NCBI GenBank assembly: GCA_963701075.1
Contig: OY969559.1
Location: forward strand, 32,001-96,000
Direction: 5' to 3'
Length of the DNA stretch: 64,000 nucleotides
From: an uncultured Nitrososphaerota archaeon
Lineage (GTDB): Archaea; Thermoproteota; Nitrososphaeria; Nitrososphaerales; Nitrosopumilaceae
Shown here: positions 42,303-52,534 of the stretch, piece by piece
How the letters are laid out: each line of letters opens with the position of its first letter
Position numbering within the stretch: position 1 is the stretch's first letter
Notes under the pieces: model-generated
The model's database searches: none
What the model saw: only the letters and a program-made list of their open reading frames with translations
Told to the model about the DNA's origin: nothing
Made by a program: the position numbers and the translations under genes

Positions 42303-42515
42303 CTAGTGCAGATGCAGTTCTGGAAATTCTGCTTGTTTTATTCCCAAGTCATTCTGAAGAGTTCTTATTTTCTTGGCATATTCTGACATTCTGGCGTGAT
42401 CACTTTGCACTTTGGCAATTTTGTATCCTCGCCATGCCTTCTTCAAAGCTCCCCACGTCTGACCTGCAGTGTAGTTAGGTTTATTGTCTGATTGTGGCTG
42501 TACGAATTGGTACAT
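42303..42515 (-). CDS. Small conserved hypothetical protein
   Basis: MYQFVQPQ...YTAGQTWGALKKAWRGYKIAK; ATG at 42515 preferred over the ORF-track start. Confidence 0.65.
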   Translation of the reverse strand: MYQFVQPQSDNKPNYTAGQTWGALKKAWRGYKIAKVQSDHARMSEYAKKIRTLQNDLGIKQAEFPELHLH

Positions 42516-42851
42516 ACTTGTATCTCGTCGCAGAAATTTTTTATCTATAGTGATGTGAAGTAAAATCAATGAAAAAGTCAAGAATGCTCCATTAAAATCA
42601 CGTCTTTAGGCATCATAGTTTGCAAAAAATTTTAGTTAAACTTGACTTTATCAATTTTTTTGGTTCTGTATCATAATCGGTTGTTCTCTACGGTTGTTTC
42701 AGAGTGGCGATATGAAATGCAAACCTTGTTCAAGCAAGATCTTGCCACTTTAGTAATTACAGTATAACCACCTGTTAATATTCCCCACAATGATCTGTTG
42801 ATGATTCATCATTAGATTACGCATTTTCATTTAGAAAAATATTCCAGTACA

Positions 42852-42889
42852 ATTATACTACAAAATTTAAATAATACTAATAGTATAAT
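42852..42889 (+). promoter_or_regulatory. TATA box flanked by ATACTA boxes (candidate RHH operator)
   Basis: ATTATACTA (42852-60) and TAGTATAAT (42881-89) inverted pair; extra ATACTA at 42874-79; TTTAAATA between. Confidence 0.55.
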
Positions 42890-42895
42890 GATCCT

Positions 42896-43093
42896 ATGAA
42901 GATTAAGTTGGATCCAACTGTAAAAAGAGAAACAACATCAATCAAGATAGACCCTACAATATGGAAGGAAGCAAAAAAAGATGCAATAGACAGAGATGTC
43001 GATTTGTCACAATTAGTAGAGATTGCGTTAAAGACATGGTTAGAAGACGAAGATCCAAAAAGAGTCAAAAATGAATTGAGGGAAAAAGAATAG
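42896..43093 (+). CDS. Ribbon-helix-helix protein
   Basis: ETTSIKIDPTIWKEAKKDAIDRDVDLSQLVEIALK. Confidence 0.75.
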   Translation: MKIKLDPTVKRETTSIKIDPTIWKEAKKDAIDRDVDLSQLVEIALKTWLEDEDPKRVKNELREKE

Positions 43094-43465
43094 ATGCTTT
43101 ACCCAATAGAATATAGACAGAATCTAAAATTCATAGGAGACAAGGTACGCAAGTATTCTGATATGCTGCATCAGTATGGTGATGAAGAAAACGATATCGA
43201 TATGAAAATACAGTGGTATGCACTAGGCATGCTTTGTGAGTCAGTAGGTTACCAATATCAGATTACTACTAGCCACTTACAAGATCTTAACTCCTTATCT
43301 GACGCCATAGAAAAATTACCAAAGAGTGCAGAATTTGATGATCTCAAGGAAGCGTTACGTAAAACAAGTGAAAGGGTGAAGCAAACGCTAGAGCCTATCA
43401 AAGAGGCTTACGACAAGGCACGAGCTTTTGAAAAGAGGATGATTGAGAATGGAGTCTACACATAA
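43094..43465 (+). CDS. Hypothetical helical protein (paralog 1)
   Basis: 123-aa ORF translationally coupled to the RHH gene. Confidence 0.65.
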   Translation: MLYPIEYRQNLKFIGDKVRKYSDMLHQYGDEENDIDMKIQWYALGMLCESVGYQYQITTSHLQDLNSLSDAIEKLPKSAEFDDLKEALRKTSERVKQTLEPIKEAYDKARAFEKRMIENGVYT

Positions 43466-43805
43466 TCAAATCATAAGCAAAGAAACGTTATCAAATCTAA
43501 AAGATTTGCGCAAGGATTGCAAATGTATGAAGGATGCATTCCTAAAGGAATCAACTCACGAGTCAGATCCGCTAGTAAAAACATTCTACAAGTCTATCGC
43601 AGCTTCGTTTGTGAATGCGGAATTGATATCTTCGTGGGTAGAATTATCGCTTGTTGCGATTAATAATCTGGGCAAGGCCATAGACAAATTACCTAACAAA
43701 CAGAGGTGTGACACCCCAAGAAAAGAACTGGGGAATCAAAAAAAGAGAGCCAGAACAGAACTAATAGAAAAATCATTCAAAAAGACGAAAAATAACAAGA
43801 AATAA
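43443..43805 (+). CDS. Hypothetical helical protein (paralog 2)
   Basis: Shares an LxxAIxKLP segment with the upstream ORF. Confidence 0.6.
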   Translation: MRMESTHNQIISKETLSNLKDLRKDCKCMKDAFLKESTHESDPLVKTFYKSIAASFVNAELISSWVELSLVAINNLGKAIDKLPNKQRCDTPRKELGNQKKRARTELIEKSFKKTKNNKK

Positions 43806-43879
43806 GTCAAATATCAAAGATGCTTATAACATAAACGACTAGAGCATTAGCAAACTAAATCAGAAAAACCCGACTTGCA

Positions 43880-45349
43880 TTAGCCTTTGTTTTTTATCAA
43901 TGACAGTACCTTGCTATTCAACACTTCAATAACTTCTCTTGTCTCATTAGTCCTTTTGTTGGTGCCTGTAATGTAGGCTTGGACTTTGCGTTTCCTATCA
44001 GCAATCATGCGTTGTTGTTCGTGTTTTCCTGCAGAGCCTTGTGATTTCCTAGTTTCAAGTGAAGATTCAGGTGTTGTTGACTGGATTATTTTATACAATT
44101 CCCTTGGGTCTATTTCATTACTTGAGATCACATTTTTTATCTCACTAGTTGAAAGGGCAGAGAGTGGCTTTTTTGAATTGGAAGCAATTTGAACTAGATT
44201 ACCAACAATTTTGTGTGCAGCCCTGAAAGGAATTCCTTTTCTTACCAGAGCTTCTGCAATATCAAGAGATATTGAATATCCACCATCTATTGCTTGACGC
44301 AATTTCTTTTCATTTACTTTCATAGTCTTAAGAAGCGAGTTTGCAACCAAGAGTGATGATATTATTATTTTAGATGTTGGCCATATTGAGACCTTGATTT
44401 GTTGCAAGTCCCTATTGTATCCAGATGGCAATCCCTTGAGGTTTGACAATACTGCCATCTGGTACCCAATAACCTGTGATGTCTTTCCGCGAATCAACTC
44501 CAGTACGTCTGGATTTTTCTTTTGTGGCATCACGCTAGAAGTCGAAGTAAACCTATCAGAGAGTTCAATGAAAGAAAACTCGGATGTAGACCAGATAATG
44601 AAATCCTCTGCCATTCGGCTCAGGTTTGTCATCAGTATTGCCGCGTTTCCAAGATATTCAGCAACAAAGTCACGGGAAGTTGTTGCATCAATAGAATTTT
44701 CCACCAGGCCCTTGAAGCCAAGCATCTTGGCAGTATATTGCCTATCAATAGGAATACTGGTTCCACCTACAGGACCAGCCCCTAGTGGAGACTCGTTGAC
44801 TCGTCCGTATGCCACATAGAACCTATCAAGATCCCGGAAGAGCGCATCTGCATATGCAAGAAGAAAGTGAGAAAACAACCCAACCTGGGCCTGCTGTGTG
44901 TGAGTATACAATGGCATTATAACACGTTGGTTCTTCTCTGCCAGATCAATGAGAGTCTCTATTGTCTGATTCAGACAAAAGCAGACCATATTGATATCAT
45001 CGCGAATCTTCATTCGAATATCAAGTGCCACTTGATCATTTCTTGATCTTGCCGTATGCATCTTTCCTCCAACTTCCTTTCCTGCCTTCTTTATAACCAG
45101 GGATTCTATGAGCTCATGAATATCTTCTGCTTCAGATTTTTCTGAAATATCTTCTTTTTTTAACTTTTCAAGTGCACTTAGAATCTTGATTGTCTCTTTC
45201 CTGTTGATAATTTTATTTTCTAAAAGCATCAGTGTGTGGGCCTGACTTCCCAGAATATCATACGAGGCAATTGCAAAGTCGTCAGAAATTGATGAAAGAA
45301 ATTCTAATGTGACATCGTCTAACTTTCCGTCTAATCTAGACCTGTACAT
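43880..45349 (-). CDS. argH: Argininosuccinate lyase
   Basis: HTARSRNDQ, SSVMPQKKNPD, YNRDLQ. Confidence 0.95.
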   Translation of the reverse strand: MYRSRLDGKLDDVTLEFLSSISDDFAIASYDILGSQAHTLMLLENKIINRKETIKILSALEKLKKEDISEKSEAEDIHELIESLVIKKAGKEVGGKMHTARSRNDQVALDIRMKIRDDINMVCFCLNQTIETLIDLAEKNQRVIMPLYTHTQQAQVGLFSHFLLAYADALFRDLDRFYVAYGRVNESPLGAGPVGGTSIPIDRQYTAKMLGFKGLVENSIDATTSRDFVAEYLGNAAILMTNLSRMAEDFIIWSTSEFSFIELSDRFTSTSSVMPQKKNPDVLELIRGKTSQVIGYQMAVLSNLKGLPSGYNRDLQQIKVSIWPTSKIIISSLLVANSLLKTMKVNEKKLRQAIDGGYSISLDIAEALVRKGIPFRAAHKIVGNLVQIASNSKKPLSALSTSEIKNVISSNEIDPRELYKIIQSTTPESSLETRKSQGSAGKHEQQRMIADRKRKVQAYITGTNKRTNETREVIEVLNSKVLSLIKNKG

Positions 45350-45399
45350 CAATTTAGGAAATAGAATGGTTATATATAGCATAGACGCTTTTTTGATTT

Positions 45400-45720
45400 A
45401 TGGCTCAGGCATCTACAGATTTGAGAAGACAGATCTTCGATGAGTTGACAAAAGTAGTTGATCCAGAAATCAATGTCTCAATAATGGAGCTTGAATTGAT
45501 AGATAATATTGATATTGTAGGTCCAGATGTCAAAGTAGATTTGCACCTTACCAGTCCTTTCTGTCCTGCAATATTTGGATTTAAGATTGCCCAAGATGTT
45601 CATGACAACTTGTTGAAGATAGATGGAGTAAGCGATGTGAAAGTGAATGTCTCAAATCATTTCATGGCCGAAGCCATCAACAATCAGGTAAACTCTAGTA
45701 AAAACCCTAAAAAGCCTTAG
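45400..45720 (+). CDS. DUF59/SufT Fe-S cluster assembly protein
   Basis: VVDPEI, LTSPFCP. Confidence 0.88.
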   Translation: MAQASTDLRRQIFDELTKVVDPEINVSIMELELIDNIDIVGPDVKVDLHLTSPFCPAIFGFKIAQDVHDNLLKIDGVSDVKVNVSNHFMAEAINNQVNSSKNPKKP

Positions 45721-45733
45721 AGAGAGAAAAAGA

Positions 45734-46513
45734 CTATTTTCTAAATCCTAACAGATATCCTCTGAGTAGTTGTATTGCCATTGCTGGGTCCACTCCCTTG
45801 GGGCACACATTGCTACACGAGCCGGCAAAATGACATCTCCATATTCCATGAGACTGATCAACTATTTTGAGCCTCTCCTTTTTCCCTTGATCTCTATTAT
45901 CTGCGGTGTATCGGTAGGCTTGGGCAAGACCTTGCGGTCCAACAAATGACTTGTCTGTTGCCATGGTTGGGCAGGCAGAGTTGCATAAACCGCATTTGAT
46001 ACAATATGAGAATTGCAAAAACTTTTCAAGATCTTGCGGAGTCTGGATGAATTCCTTGGTACCCGGTAGTACCTCCGATTCCTCGTTTACAATGAATGGT
46101 TTCATCTTCTTATGGGTAGAGAAGAGCTGCTTGAAGTCAACTGCCAAATCTCTAATTATAGGAAAATTGTTCATCGGCTCTACTGTAATAACATTTGATT
46201 CAAGTTCAGAGACCTTGGTATAGCAAGCAAGGCGAGGCTTGCCATTAATTTTCATCCCACATGAACCACATGATGCCTGTCTACAAGAGTATCTAACAGC
46301 AACGGAATGATCAAGGCTCTGTTTTACATATAGAATTGCTTCAAGTACAGTGGTCCATTTTTGGACCGGGATCTTGAACTCTTCAAATTTTGCTTCTGCA
46401 TTCTCTGATGGGTTTGACCTAGATATTCGAAGTGTTATTGTCTTTGGCTTTGACGGTGCAGGAGCGGGAGTAATTGTTTCTGCTTGTTCCTTTGGAACCT
46501 CTACTGTTGCCAT
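45734..46513 (-). CDS. sdhB: Succinate dehydrogenase Fe-S subunit
   Basis: SCRQASCGSC, CIKCGLCNSACP, CHFAGSCSNVCP. Confidence 0.95.
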   Translation of the reverse strand: MATVEVPKEQAETITPAPAPSKPKTITLRISRSNPSENAEAKFEEFKIPVQKWTTVLEAILYVKQSLDHSVAVRYSCRQASCGSCGMKINGKPRLACYTKVSELESNVITVEPMNNFPIIRDLAVDFKQLFSTHKKMKPFIVNEESEVLPGTKEFIQTPQDLEKFLQFSYCIKCGLCNSACPTMATDKSFVGPQGLAQAYRYTADNRDQGKKERLKIVDQSHGIWRCHFAGSCSNVCPKGVDPAMAIQLLRGYLLGFRK

Positions 46514-46515
46514 GG

Positions 46516-46856
46516 TTAGAGCCCCACTCCAGCCATCAATATAGTTCTTGAACCATAGGCTACCAAAACAATCATTGCTACAATCGAACCATAGTTAATT
46601 GCTCTTTCATATACAACACCTTGCTTTACTCCAATAGAATAACCCGCAGTCCATTGAATCCATGTACGGATAACAAGATCAGTATCACTTCAAGCATAAG
46701 CGCATACGGTAAAAAGTGATAATTTGCAATTACATTTTGATATTGTAACGAATCAGAGAATTTCTGTGACAGTCTCATGAGAATGTGTACAGCTACTAGT
46801 GCCACTGCTCCAAGCGCAGTTCCATAATGTATCTTCATGATTATGCTTTCTCGCAT
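46516..46856 (-). CDS. sdhD: Succinate dehydrogenase membrane anchor; -1 frameshift at ~46629
   Basis: HGFNGLRVILLE continues as LKQGVVYERAINY... once AGCT is restored. Confidence 0.85.
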
Positions 46857-46857
46857 C

Positions 46858-47292
46858 TTAATCACCAAATAATACTCCAGCACCATACATCATTGCCAAT
46901 GCTGCAAGTGCTATTGAGACCCAAATGCAAAGCCTCTGCTTGGAGTTCAGCGAAGAAGCGCGATACGGATATTCAGGTTGTCCAGGCTTTCCTACACCCT
47001 TTCCACCTTCGCTTATCATAAGTCGTATTCCATTTCCAGTATGAAAAACACACATTCCTATTACAAGTACAAGTACCATATGACCCCCTGGAGTCTCCGT
47101 TAGTGACAGCATATTGTTCCATGCAGCCTTTCCGTTGAGAATTGTACTTGTCTCGTAAATGTGGCCAATCAGATATGCAAGCAGGCCAAGCCCACTCAGC
47201 CTTTGCATCCAATATGCAACTCTTTCTAACCCATAACGAGTTGGATTTATCATTCCCTTGATGCCTTCACGGTTGGAGAATTGTTTGGCCAT
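46858..47292 (-). CDS. sdhC: Succinate dehydrogenase cytochrome b subunit
   Basis: QRLSGL, FHTGNGIR; operon position. Confidence 0.88.
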   Translation of the reverse strand: MAKQFSNREGIKGMINPTRYGLERVAYWMQRLSGLGLLAYLIGHIYETSTILNGKAAWNNMLSLTETPGGHMVLVLVIGMCVFHTGNGIRLMISEGGKGVGKPGQPEYPYRASSLNSKQRLCIWVSIALAALAMMYGAGVLFGD

Positions 47293-49004
47293 CAGTATTT
47301 TCTCTCCACTGGCTTGTATTTAGTAATAGTGACAGGATGAGTCTTGATAACTGGCTCTTTTGTGTCAAAGTAAACTAGAGTGTGAGCCAAAAAGTTCTTG
47401 TCGTCTCTGTCAGGATAGTCAGTTCTTGCGTGAGCTCCTCGAGATTCTTTTCTCCAAATTGCACCCATCAAAATTACTTCAGATACCCGAAACATGGAAT
47501 CAAGTTCCATCACATTTGTAAAGTTTGTATTGTACTCTTTAGCTTTGTCGTCTACATGTTTCCATGTTTTTTGTCTTAATGCTCTTACCAACTTGAGGCC
47601 ATCAACAAGATCAGTTTCATTTCTAAAAACGTAAGACTTGTTATTCATTATCTCTGTTAGTTCCTGTCTAACCTCGTATGGATTTACACTGCCTGTGCCT
47701 CGAAATATTCCATCATAGATCCTTTTTTCCTCAGTCGCAACCAAATGCAATGGAAATGGCGGAGAGGATGTTTCTTCTAAAATGTATTTAGCGGCAAGTT
47801 CACCTGTAATTTTACCCCATACAAGACACTCGGCAGTAGAGTTTGCACCTAACCTGTTTGCTCCATGAACGCTGTTGCATGCAGCTTCTCCTGCTGCCCA
47901 TATGCCTTGAATTTCAGTTGCCCCGTCTATGTTACTGTGAATTCCGCCCATCATGTAATGGCATACTGGTCGGACATCTACCGGCTCATTAGCCGGGTCA
48001 ATTCCTGAGAATTTCAGTGATATCTCGCGTATTGCAGGAAGTTTTCTTATAATCAATTCTTTTCCCAGATGCCTCAAATCTAGTTTTAGGCAATCCACTC
48101 CAGTATCGTGTTTGAAGCCATGTCCTTGGTTGATTTCAGTAATCATGGCACGTGATACGACATCTCTTGATGCAAGCTCTAGTTTGCTTGGGGCATACTT
48201 TTTCATAAAACGCTCACCCTTGTTGTTAAGAAGATACCCACCTTCCCCTCTGGCACCCTCTGTAATCAAAATTCCCGAAGGCAGTATGCCAGTAGGATGG
48301 AATTGAACAAACTCCATGTCCTTTAGCGCCATTCCAGCCCGGTATGCCATATCCAGACCATCAGGAGTTGAAGCTAGCGCATAAGTTGAAAAACTGTATA
48401 CCCTTCCTGCTCCGCCGGTAGCAATAATCAATGCCTTTGCCTTGAATGTATAGAAAGTGCCACTTGAGATCTCGATGGCGGTAATACCACAAAACTTTTG
48501 GCCATCATGAACTATTGACGTAACAAACCATTCGTTATAGAACTCAATGTTGTCAAATTTTTGGCATGTATCATACAAAGTCTGCATTTCATAAAATCCT
48601 ACTTTGTCTTGAGCATACGTTGCCCTTGGAAAGCTATATCCTCCAAAGTTTCTCTGGCCAATTCTTCCATCATCTCTCCTTGACCATGGCATTCCCCAAT
48701 GTTCAAGTTGATAGACCTCAGATGGCATCTCATTGACGAGTCTCTCAATTACATCTTGATCGCCAAGAAAATCGCTCCCCTTTACAGTGTCATAAACATG
48801 AGACTCTATTGTGTCACCATCTTCAGGATATAGAACAGCTGCAGTGCCACCTTCAGCAGAAACAGAATGTGAACGCATAACTTGTAGTTTTGAGATAACG
48901 GTGATTTTGATATGCGGGGCAATCCTTGCTGCCTGAATCGCTGCTCTCAGTCCAGCAAGACCAGAACCTACGATTAGAAGATCACTGTCAATACTGTTAA
49001 CCAT
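47292..49004 (-). CDS. sdhA: Succinate dehydrogenase flavoprotein
   Basis: GSGLAG, RSHSVSAEGG, QFHPTG, HGANRLG, ESRGAH. Confidence 0.96.
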   Translation of the reverse strand: MVNSIDSDLLIVGSGLAGLRAAIQAARIAPHIKITVISKLQVMRSHSVSAEGGTAAVLYPEDGDTIESHVYDTVKGSDFLGDQDVIERLVNEMPSEVYQLEHWGMPWSRRDDGRIGQRNFGGYSFPRATYAQDKVGFYEMQTLYDTCQKFDNIEFYNEWFVTSIVHDGQKFCGITAIEISSGTFYTFKAKALIIATGGAGRVYSFSTYALASTPDGLDMAYRAGMALKDMEFVQFHPTGILPSGILITEGARGEGGYLLNNKGERFMKKYAPSKLELASRDVVSRAMITEINQGHGFKHDTGVDCLKLDLRHLGKELIIRKLPAIREISLKFSGIDPANEPVDVRPVCHYMMGGIHSNIDGATEIQGIWAAGEAACNSVHGANRLGANSTAECLVWGKITGELAAKYILEETSSPPFPLHLVATEEKRIYDGIFRGTGSVNPYEVRQELTEIMNNKSYVFRNETDLVDGLKLVRALRQKTWKHVDDKAKEYNTNFTNVMELDSMFRVSEVILMGAIWRKESRGAHARTDYPDRDDKNFLAHTLVYFDTKEPVIKTHPVTITKYKPVERKY

Positions 49005-49074
49005 GGTTCGACATCTTCCTTTTCACACTTCATAAATATGTCTTGTGAAGGACTGATGTCAGAATCGTTAATAT

Positions 49075-49090
49075 ATATCGCTAGCGATAT
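49075..49090. promoter_or_regulatory. Perfect 16-bp palindrome, candidate PadR operator
   Basis: ATATCGCTAGCGATAT between a TATA-like element and the padR start, divergent from sdhA. Confidence 0.6.
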
Positions 49091-49095
49091 CACTA

Positions 49096-49608
49096 GTGAT
49101 GATTTCGGATTGGTTTCAAAGAGTAGGAAGTTCAATTCCTAGAGGATTTTCAAGATACTTCATTTTAGAGGCATTAAAGAAGAAACCAAGTACTGGAAAG
49201 GAGATAATAGATGTAGCAACTGCTCAAAGTGGAGGAAAGTGGAAACCCTCTCCTGGACTGATATATCCTCTACTTGGGAGATTGCTAGATGAAGGACTCA
49301 TAGAGGAGACAAAAGATGGCAAATATCAGATAACCAAGAAAGGAAGAATAGTTTCAGAAGACCTTGAGGCTTTGGATAAGATAGTCAAGAACCAACTTGA
49401 TGTAATTTTTAGAATAGGCGATATTGGCAAATTTGTAGCCATGGATCTGATAGAACGAATCAATACAATTGGGAACTCGCTTAGTTCAAACGTTTCATAC
49501 ATGACCAAGGATGAGACCCAGCGATACAGAAAATTCCTAGAATCCGAGCTGCGAAAGATGGAATCTGCTGAAAAAAAGTCCCAGGGCAAGGAAATCAGGA
49601 TCAATTAA
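49096..49608 (+). CDS. PadR family transcriptional regulator
   Basis: WKPSPGLIYPLLGRLLDEGLI...YQITKKG. Confidence 0.9.
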   Translation: MMISDWFQRVGSSIPRGFSRYFILEALKKKPSTGKEIIDVATAQSGGKWKPSPGLIYPLLGRLLDEGLIEETKDGKYQITKKGRIVSEDLEALDKIVKNQLDVIFRIGDIGKFVAMDLIERINTIGNSLSSNVSYMTKDETQRYRKFLESELRKMESAEKKSQGKEIRIN

Positions 49609-49641
49609 GCAATAAATAATTGTAAAACATTATAGCGACAG

Positions 49642-50505
49642 TTGAAAAGCATTAGAAAATTAGTATATGACAAGTCAAAGCCTCTTGTTTTTCCTGGCGT
49701 GTATGATGCAATTACGGCCAGAATAGCCCAAAAAGCAGGGTTTGAGGCTATGTTTCAAACGGGATATGGAACTTCAGCCGCGTTGCTTGGGATGCCCGAT
49801 TATGGTTTTATTGGATCCACGGAAACTATTGAAAATGCAAGACGAATTTGCAAATCTGTTTCAGTTCCAGTAATAGTTGATGCTGATACAGGGTATGGAA
49901 ACCCTTTGAGTGTATGGAAACTTGTTAACGAATTAGAAGCGGTTGGAGCCGCCGGTATTTTCCTAGAAGATCAGAAATGGCCAAAGAGGTGCGGGCACAT
50001 GTCAGGAAAGGAAGTAATTGCCAAGGAGGAATACAGTGAAAAACTCAGGGCGGCAGTAGATGCTAGAAAAAGTAACGACTTCATGATAGTAGCAAGGACC
50101 GATGCTCGCGCAACTGAGGGCTTGGATGCTGCAATTGAGCGGGGCCTTTTGTACAAGGATATAGGAGCAGATGCCATATTCGTAGAAGCCCCCAAATCAG
50201 TTGATGAAATGAAAAAGATAGGAAGATCGATAAAGGCACCATTGGTAGCAAACATGATAGAAGGAGGAGCTACGCCGCTACTTTCTTCAAGCGAGATACA
50301 CAAGATGGGGTTCAATCTCATTCTTTACCCACTATCCGTATTGTATGCCAATACATTTGCAACAATGCAAATTCTAAAGGAGTTAAGAAAGAGCGGAACT
50401 ACTGCAAAGCTAAGAGACAGGCTTGTTGATTTCGATCAGTTCAATGAAATTGTAGAATTATCGAAATTCAAAAAGATGGAAGACAAGTACGAAACAAAGT
50501 CATAG
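49642..50505 (+). CDS. Isocitrate lyase/PEP mutase family enzyme (methylisocitrate lyase-like)
   Basis: VDADTGYG, EDQKWPKRCGH, ARTDAR. Confidence 0.88.
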   Translation: MKSIRKLVYDKSKPLVFPGVYDAITARIAQKAGFEAMFQTGYGTSAALLGMPDYGFIGSTETIENARRICKSVSVPVIVDADTGYGNPLSVWKLVNELEAVGAAGIFLEDQKWPKRCGHMSGKEVIAKEEYSEKLRAAVDARKSNDFMIVARTDARATEGLDAAIERGLLYKDIGADAIFVEAPKSVDEMKKIGRSIKAPLVANMIEGGATPLLSSSEIHKMGFNLILYPLSVLYANTFATMQILKELRKSGTTAKLRDRLVDFDQFNEIVELSKFKKMEDKYETKS

Positions 50506-50541
50506 AAAATAACAAAAAAGAAAGGTTTCCGTCAAGGCTTC

Positions 50542-50823
50542 CTAAGAGTTTCTCTTTACTTCTATGTCTATAGTAGAAACATTCCTAGAGCGTCCATCTT
50601 GTGATTGAAGTTGTTCTGATCCAATCTTGATGTTTCCTATTGAGTAACCAGCATTTTCTGTCTTTCGTGCAATTATTTGTGCTACGTCAACTGCACGGCC
50701 AATGCTTAGCCCTCTTGCCTTGATAGATATCCTTGGTTGATTTGCCAACTGTATGAGCGAAGAAGTAACGTACGCCATCAGTGGCTTCTTGCCGATGTAG
50801 ATAGTTTCTCTAGATTCGGACAT
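50542..50823 (-). CDS. albA: Chromatin protein Alba
   Basis: IYIGKKPLMAYV, KARGLSIGRAVDVA, VSTIDI. Confidence 0.93.
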   Translation of the reverse strand: MSESRETIYIGKKPLMAYVTSSLIQLANQPRISIKARGLSIGRAVDVAQIIARKTENAGYSIGNIKIGSEQLQSQDGRSRNVSTIDIEVKRNS

Positions 50824-50876
50824 GCGTTCCCTGTCTCTTGGGATAATTTAAATCTAAGAATGCAAGAATTGCAGCA

Positions 50877-51284
50877 ATGAAGTTTCTCCTCGTATTACTT
50901 TTTGCTCTTGCAATAATTGGAATTAATTCGGCATATGGATATGGCGAAGTTTCTGTATCTAATTTCAAGGTAGTTAATTCTCTTGGAGAAGAGATCAATT
51001 CTCCGGTAGTAGACCAACAACTTAACTTACAAACATCGCTGCAAAATGTGAGCCAAAACGAGGTAGACTGGGCATATGTTGTTCAGGTAATTGATTCAAG
51101 CGGAGCTATATCAGATCTAAATTATGCCACAGGTTCCCTTGTTGCCAATCAAACTCTTACCGCAGCTCTTTCTTGGACGCCACATGCAAGCGGAACATAC
51201 GAAATTCAGATACTGGTCTGGGATAATTTACGCGATATAGATCCGCTTGCACCTGTGTCAACATTTAACATGACCGTGACTTGA
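50877..51284 (+). CDS. Secreted Ig-like/CARDB-like hypothetical protein
   Basis: Signal peptide; SWTP...GTYEIQILVW. Confidence 0.7.
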   Translation: MKFLLVLLFALAIIGINSAYGYGEVSVSNFKVVNSLGEEINSPVVDQQLNLQTSLQNVSQNEVDWAYVVQVIDSSGAISDLNYATGSLVANQTLTAALSWTPHASGTYEIQILVWDNLRDIDPLAPVSTFNMTVT

Positions 51285-51296
51285 TTTTTAAAAAAG

Positions 51297-51370
51297 TGGA
51301 CCGGGTGGGATTTGAACCCACGATCTCACCCATGCCAAGGGCGTATCCTACTAGGCTAGACGACCGGCCC
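51297..51370 (-). tRNA. tRNA-Ala(GGC)
   Basis: GGGCCGG/CCGGTCC acceptor stem with G3:U70; anticodon GGC. Confidence 0.93.
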
Positions 51371-51502
51371 GATTTTAATCAGAGTAGGAATCTGATTTGC
51401 ATTAACTTTTTTTGTGAGGTTATTAACGTTTAGCGTGACTCAGAAAATTAGCTTGACCAAAATAGCATAAGATATTTAACTATCAAGAATGGAATTCTTC
51501 GC

Positions 51503-52342
51503 GTGGTAGTAGAAAGTAAAGCAATAATTTCCTACATTCAAATTCAAAAAGAAGACTTGGCAGTTTTCAGATTTAAACCAAAAGAAGGAGAACTGCCCCA
51601 ATACAAGTCAGGCCAATTTTTAACTCTAGGTGCCCATATACAATCAGAGAATAAAGTAATCAGAAGAGCTTACTCGATTGCCTCAAATCCAGAAAACAGA
51701 AAGTACATTGAACTATACATAAGATGGGTCAGAAAACCGCTTCCTGGTCGCCTTACAACAGTTTTGTTTAGCGCAAAAGAAGGAGATGAAATTACTTGGA
51801 TAAAGCCTACCGGGGCCTTTACCATTGAAGAAAAGAAACCCAACGGAGACCCAGACGACAGAAGAATTGTTTGCTTAGGGGGCGGTACAGGTCTAGCCCC
51901 GTTTGTCAGTTATGCACGTCATCTTCATGATACTGGAAGCAAGAGAGAGATAGTTGTTTTGCATGGAGCAAGCTATGTAGATGAGCTTGGCTACAGGGAG
52001 GAACTGACTCAGCTTGAAGAAGAAAGTCTAGACCGAGGCAAAGACAAGTTCAACTTTAGGTATAGATCAGCTATCAGTCGACCCGATGAATGGTTCAACA
52101 GAACTTGGAACGGGCAAAAAGGAAGAGTAGAGACTTTCTTGCAGTCAAAAAATGGAGAGATGTCACCACTTGAGAAACTGGTTGGAGAGAAAATTACCAA
52201 GGATAATACAGTGTTTTTCATTTGTGGCTGGCAGGGAACCATAGATGGATGTCTCGACGTGTTGACTCCAAAAGGATTTGTAACTGAGAGAACCAAAAGA
52301 CCTGACAAAAGCTTTGAGATAAAATACGAGTCCTACGGATAG
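51503..52342 (+). CDS. fpr: Ferredoxin-NADP+ reductase
   Basis: RRAYSIAS, GRLT, GGTGLAPF, FICG. Confidence 0.9.
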   Translation: MVVESKAIISYIQIQKEDLAVFRFKPKEGELPQYKSGQFLTLGAHIQSENKVIRRAYSIASNPENRKYIELYIRWVRKPLPGRLTTVLFSAKEGDEITWIKPTGAFTIEEKKPNGDPDDRRIVCLGGGTGLAPFVSYARHLHDTGSKREIVVLHGASYVDELGYREELTQLEEESLDRGKDKFNFRYRSAISRPDEWFNRTWNGQKGRVETFLQSKNGEMSPLEKLVGEKITKDNTVFFICGWQGTIDGCLDVLTPKGFVTERTKRPDKSFEIKYESYG

Positions 52343-52390
52343 TCAAATTTCATTTGAAAAGATAATATTCTATCATTCTGGCCAGACTAC

Positions 52391-52464
52391 GGGGACGTAG
52401 GTTAGCTTGGCAGACTGCCAGCCTCGGGCGCTGGATGTCGTGGGTTCAAGTCCCATCGTCCCCA
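52391..52464 (+). tRNA. tRNA-Pro(CGG)
   Basis: GGGGACG/CGTCCCC acceptor stem; CCAGC CTCGGGC GCTGG anticodon arm. Confidence 0.92.
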
Positions 52465-52534
52465 TTTTCAAATTGGAATATTTTGATCAAATTCAGTCAA
52501 GGATTGAAATATACCAGACAAATATAGAAGGCAA

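Noticed and set aside
42600-42830. Possible short ORF remnants on the minus strand
   Set aside because: Interrupted by stops, with no recognisable motif.
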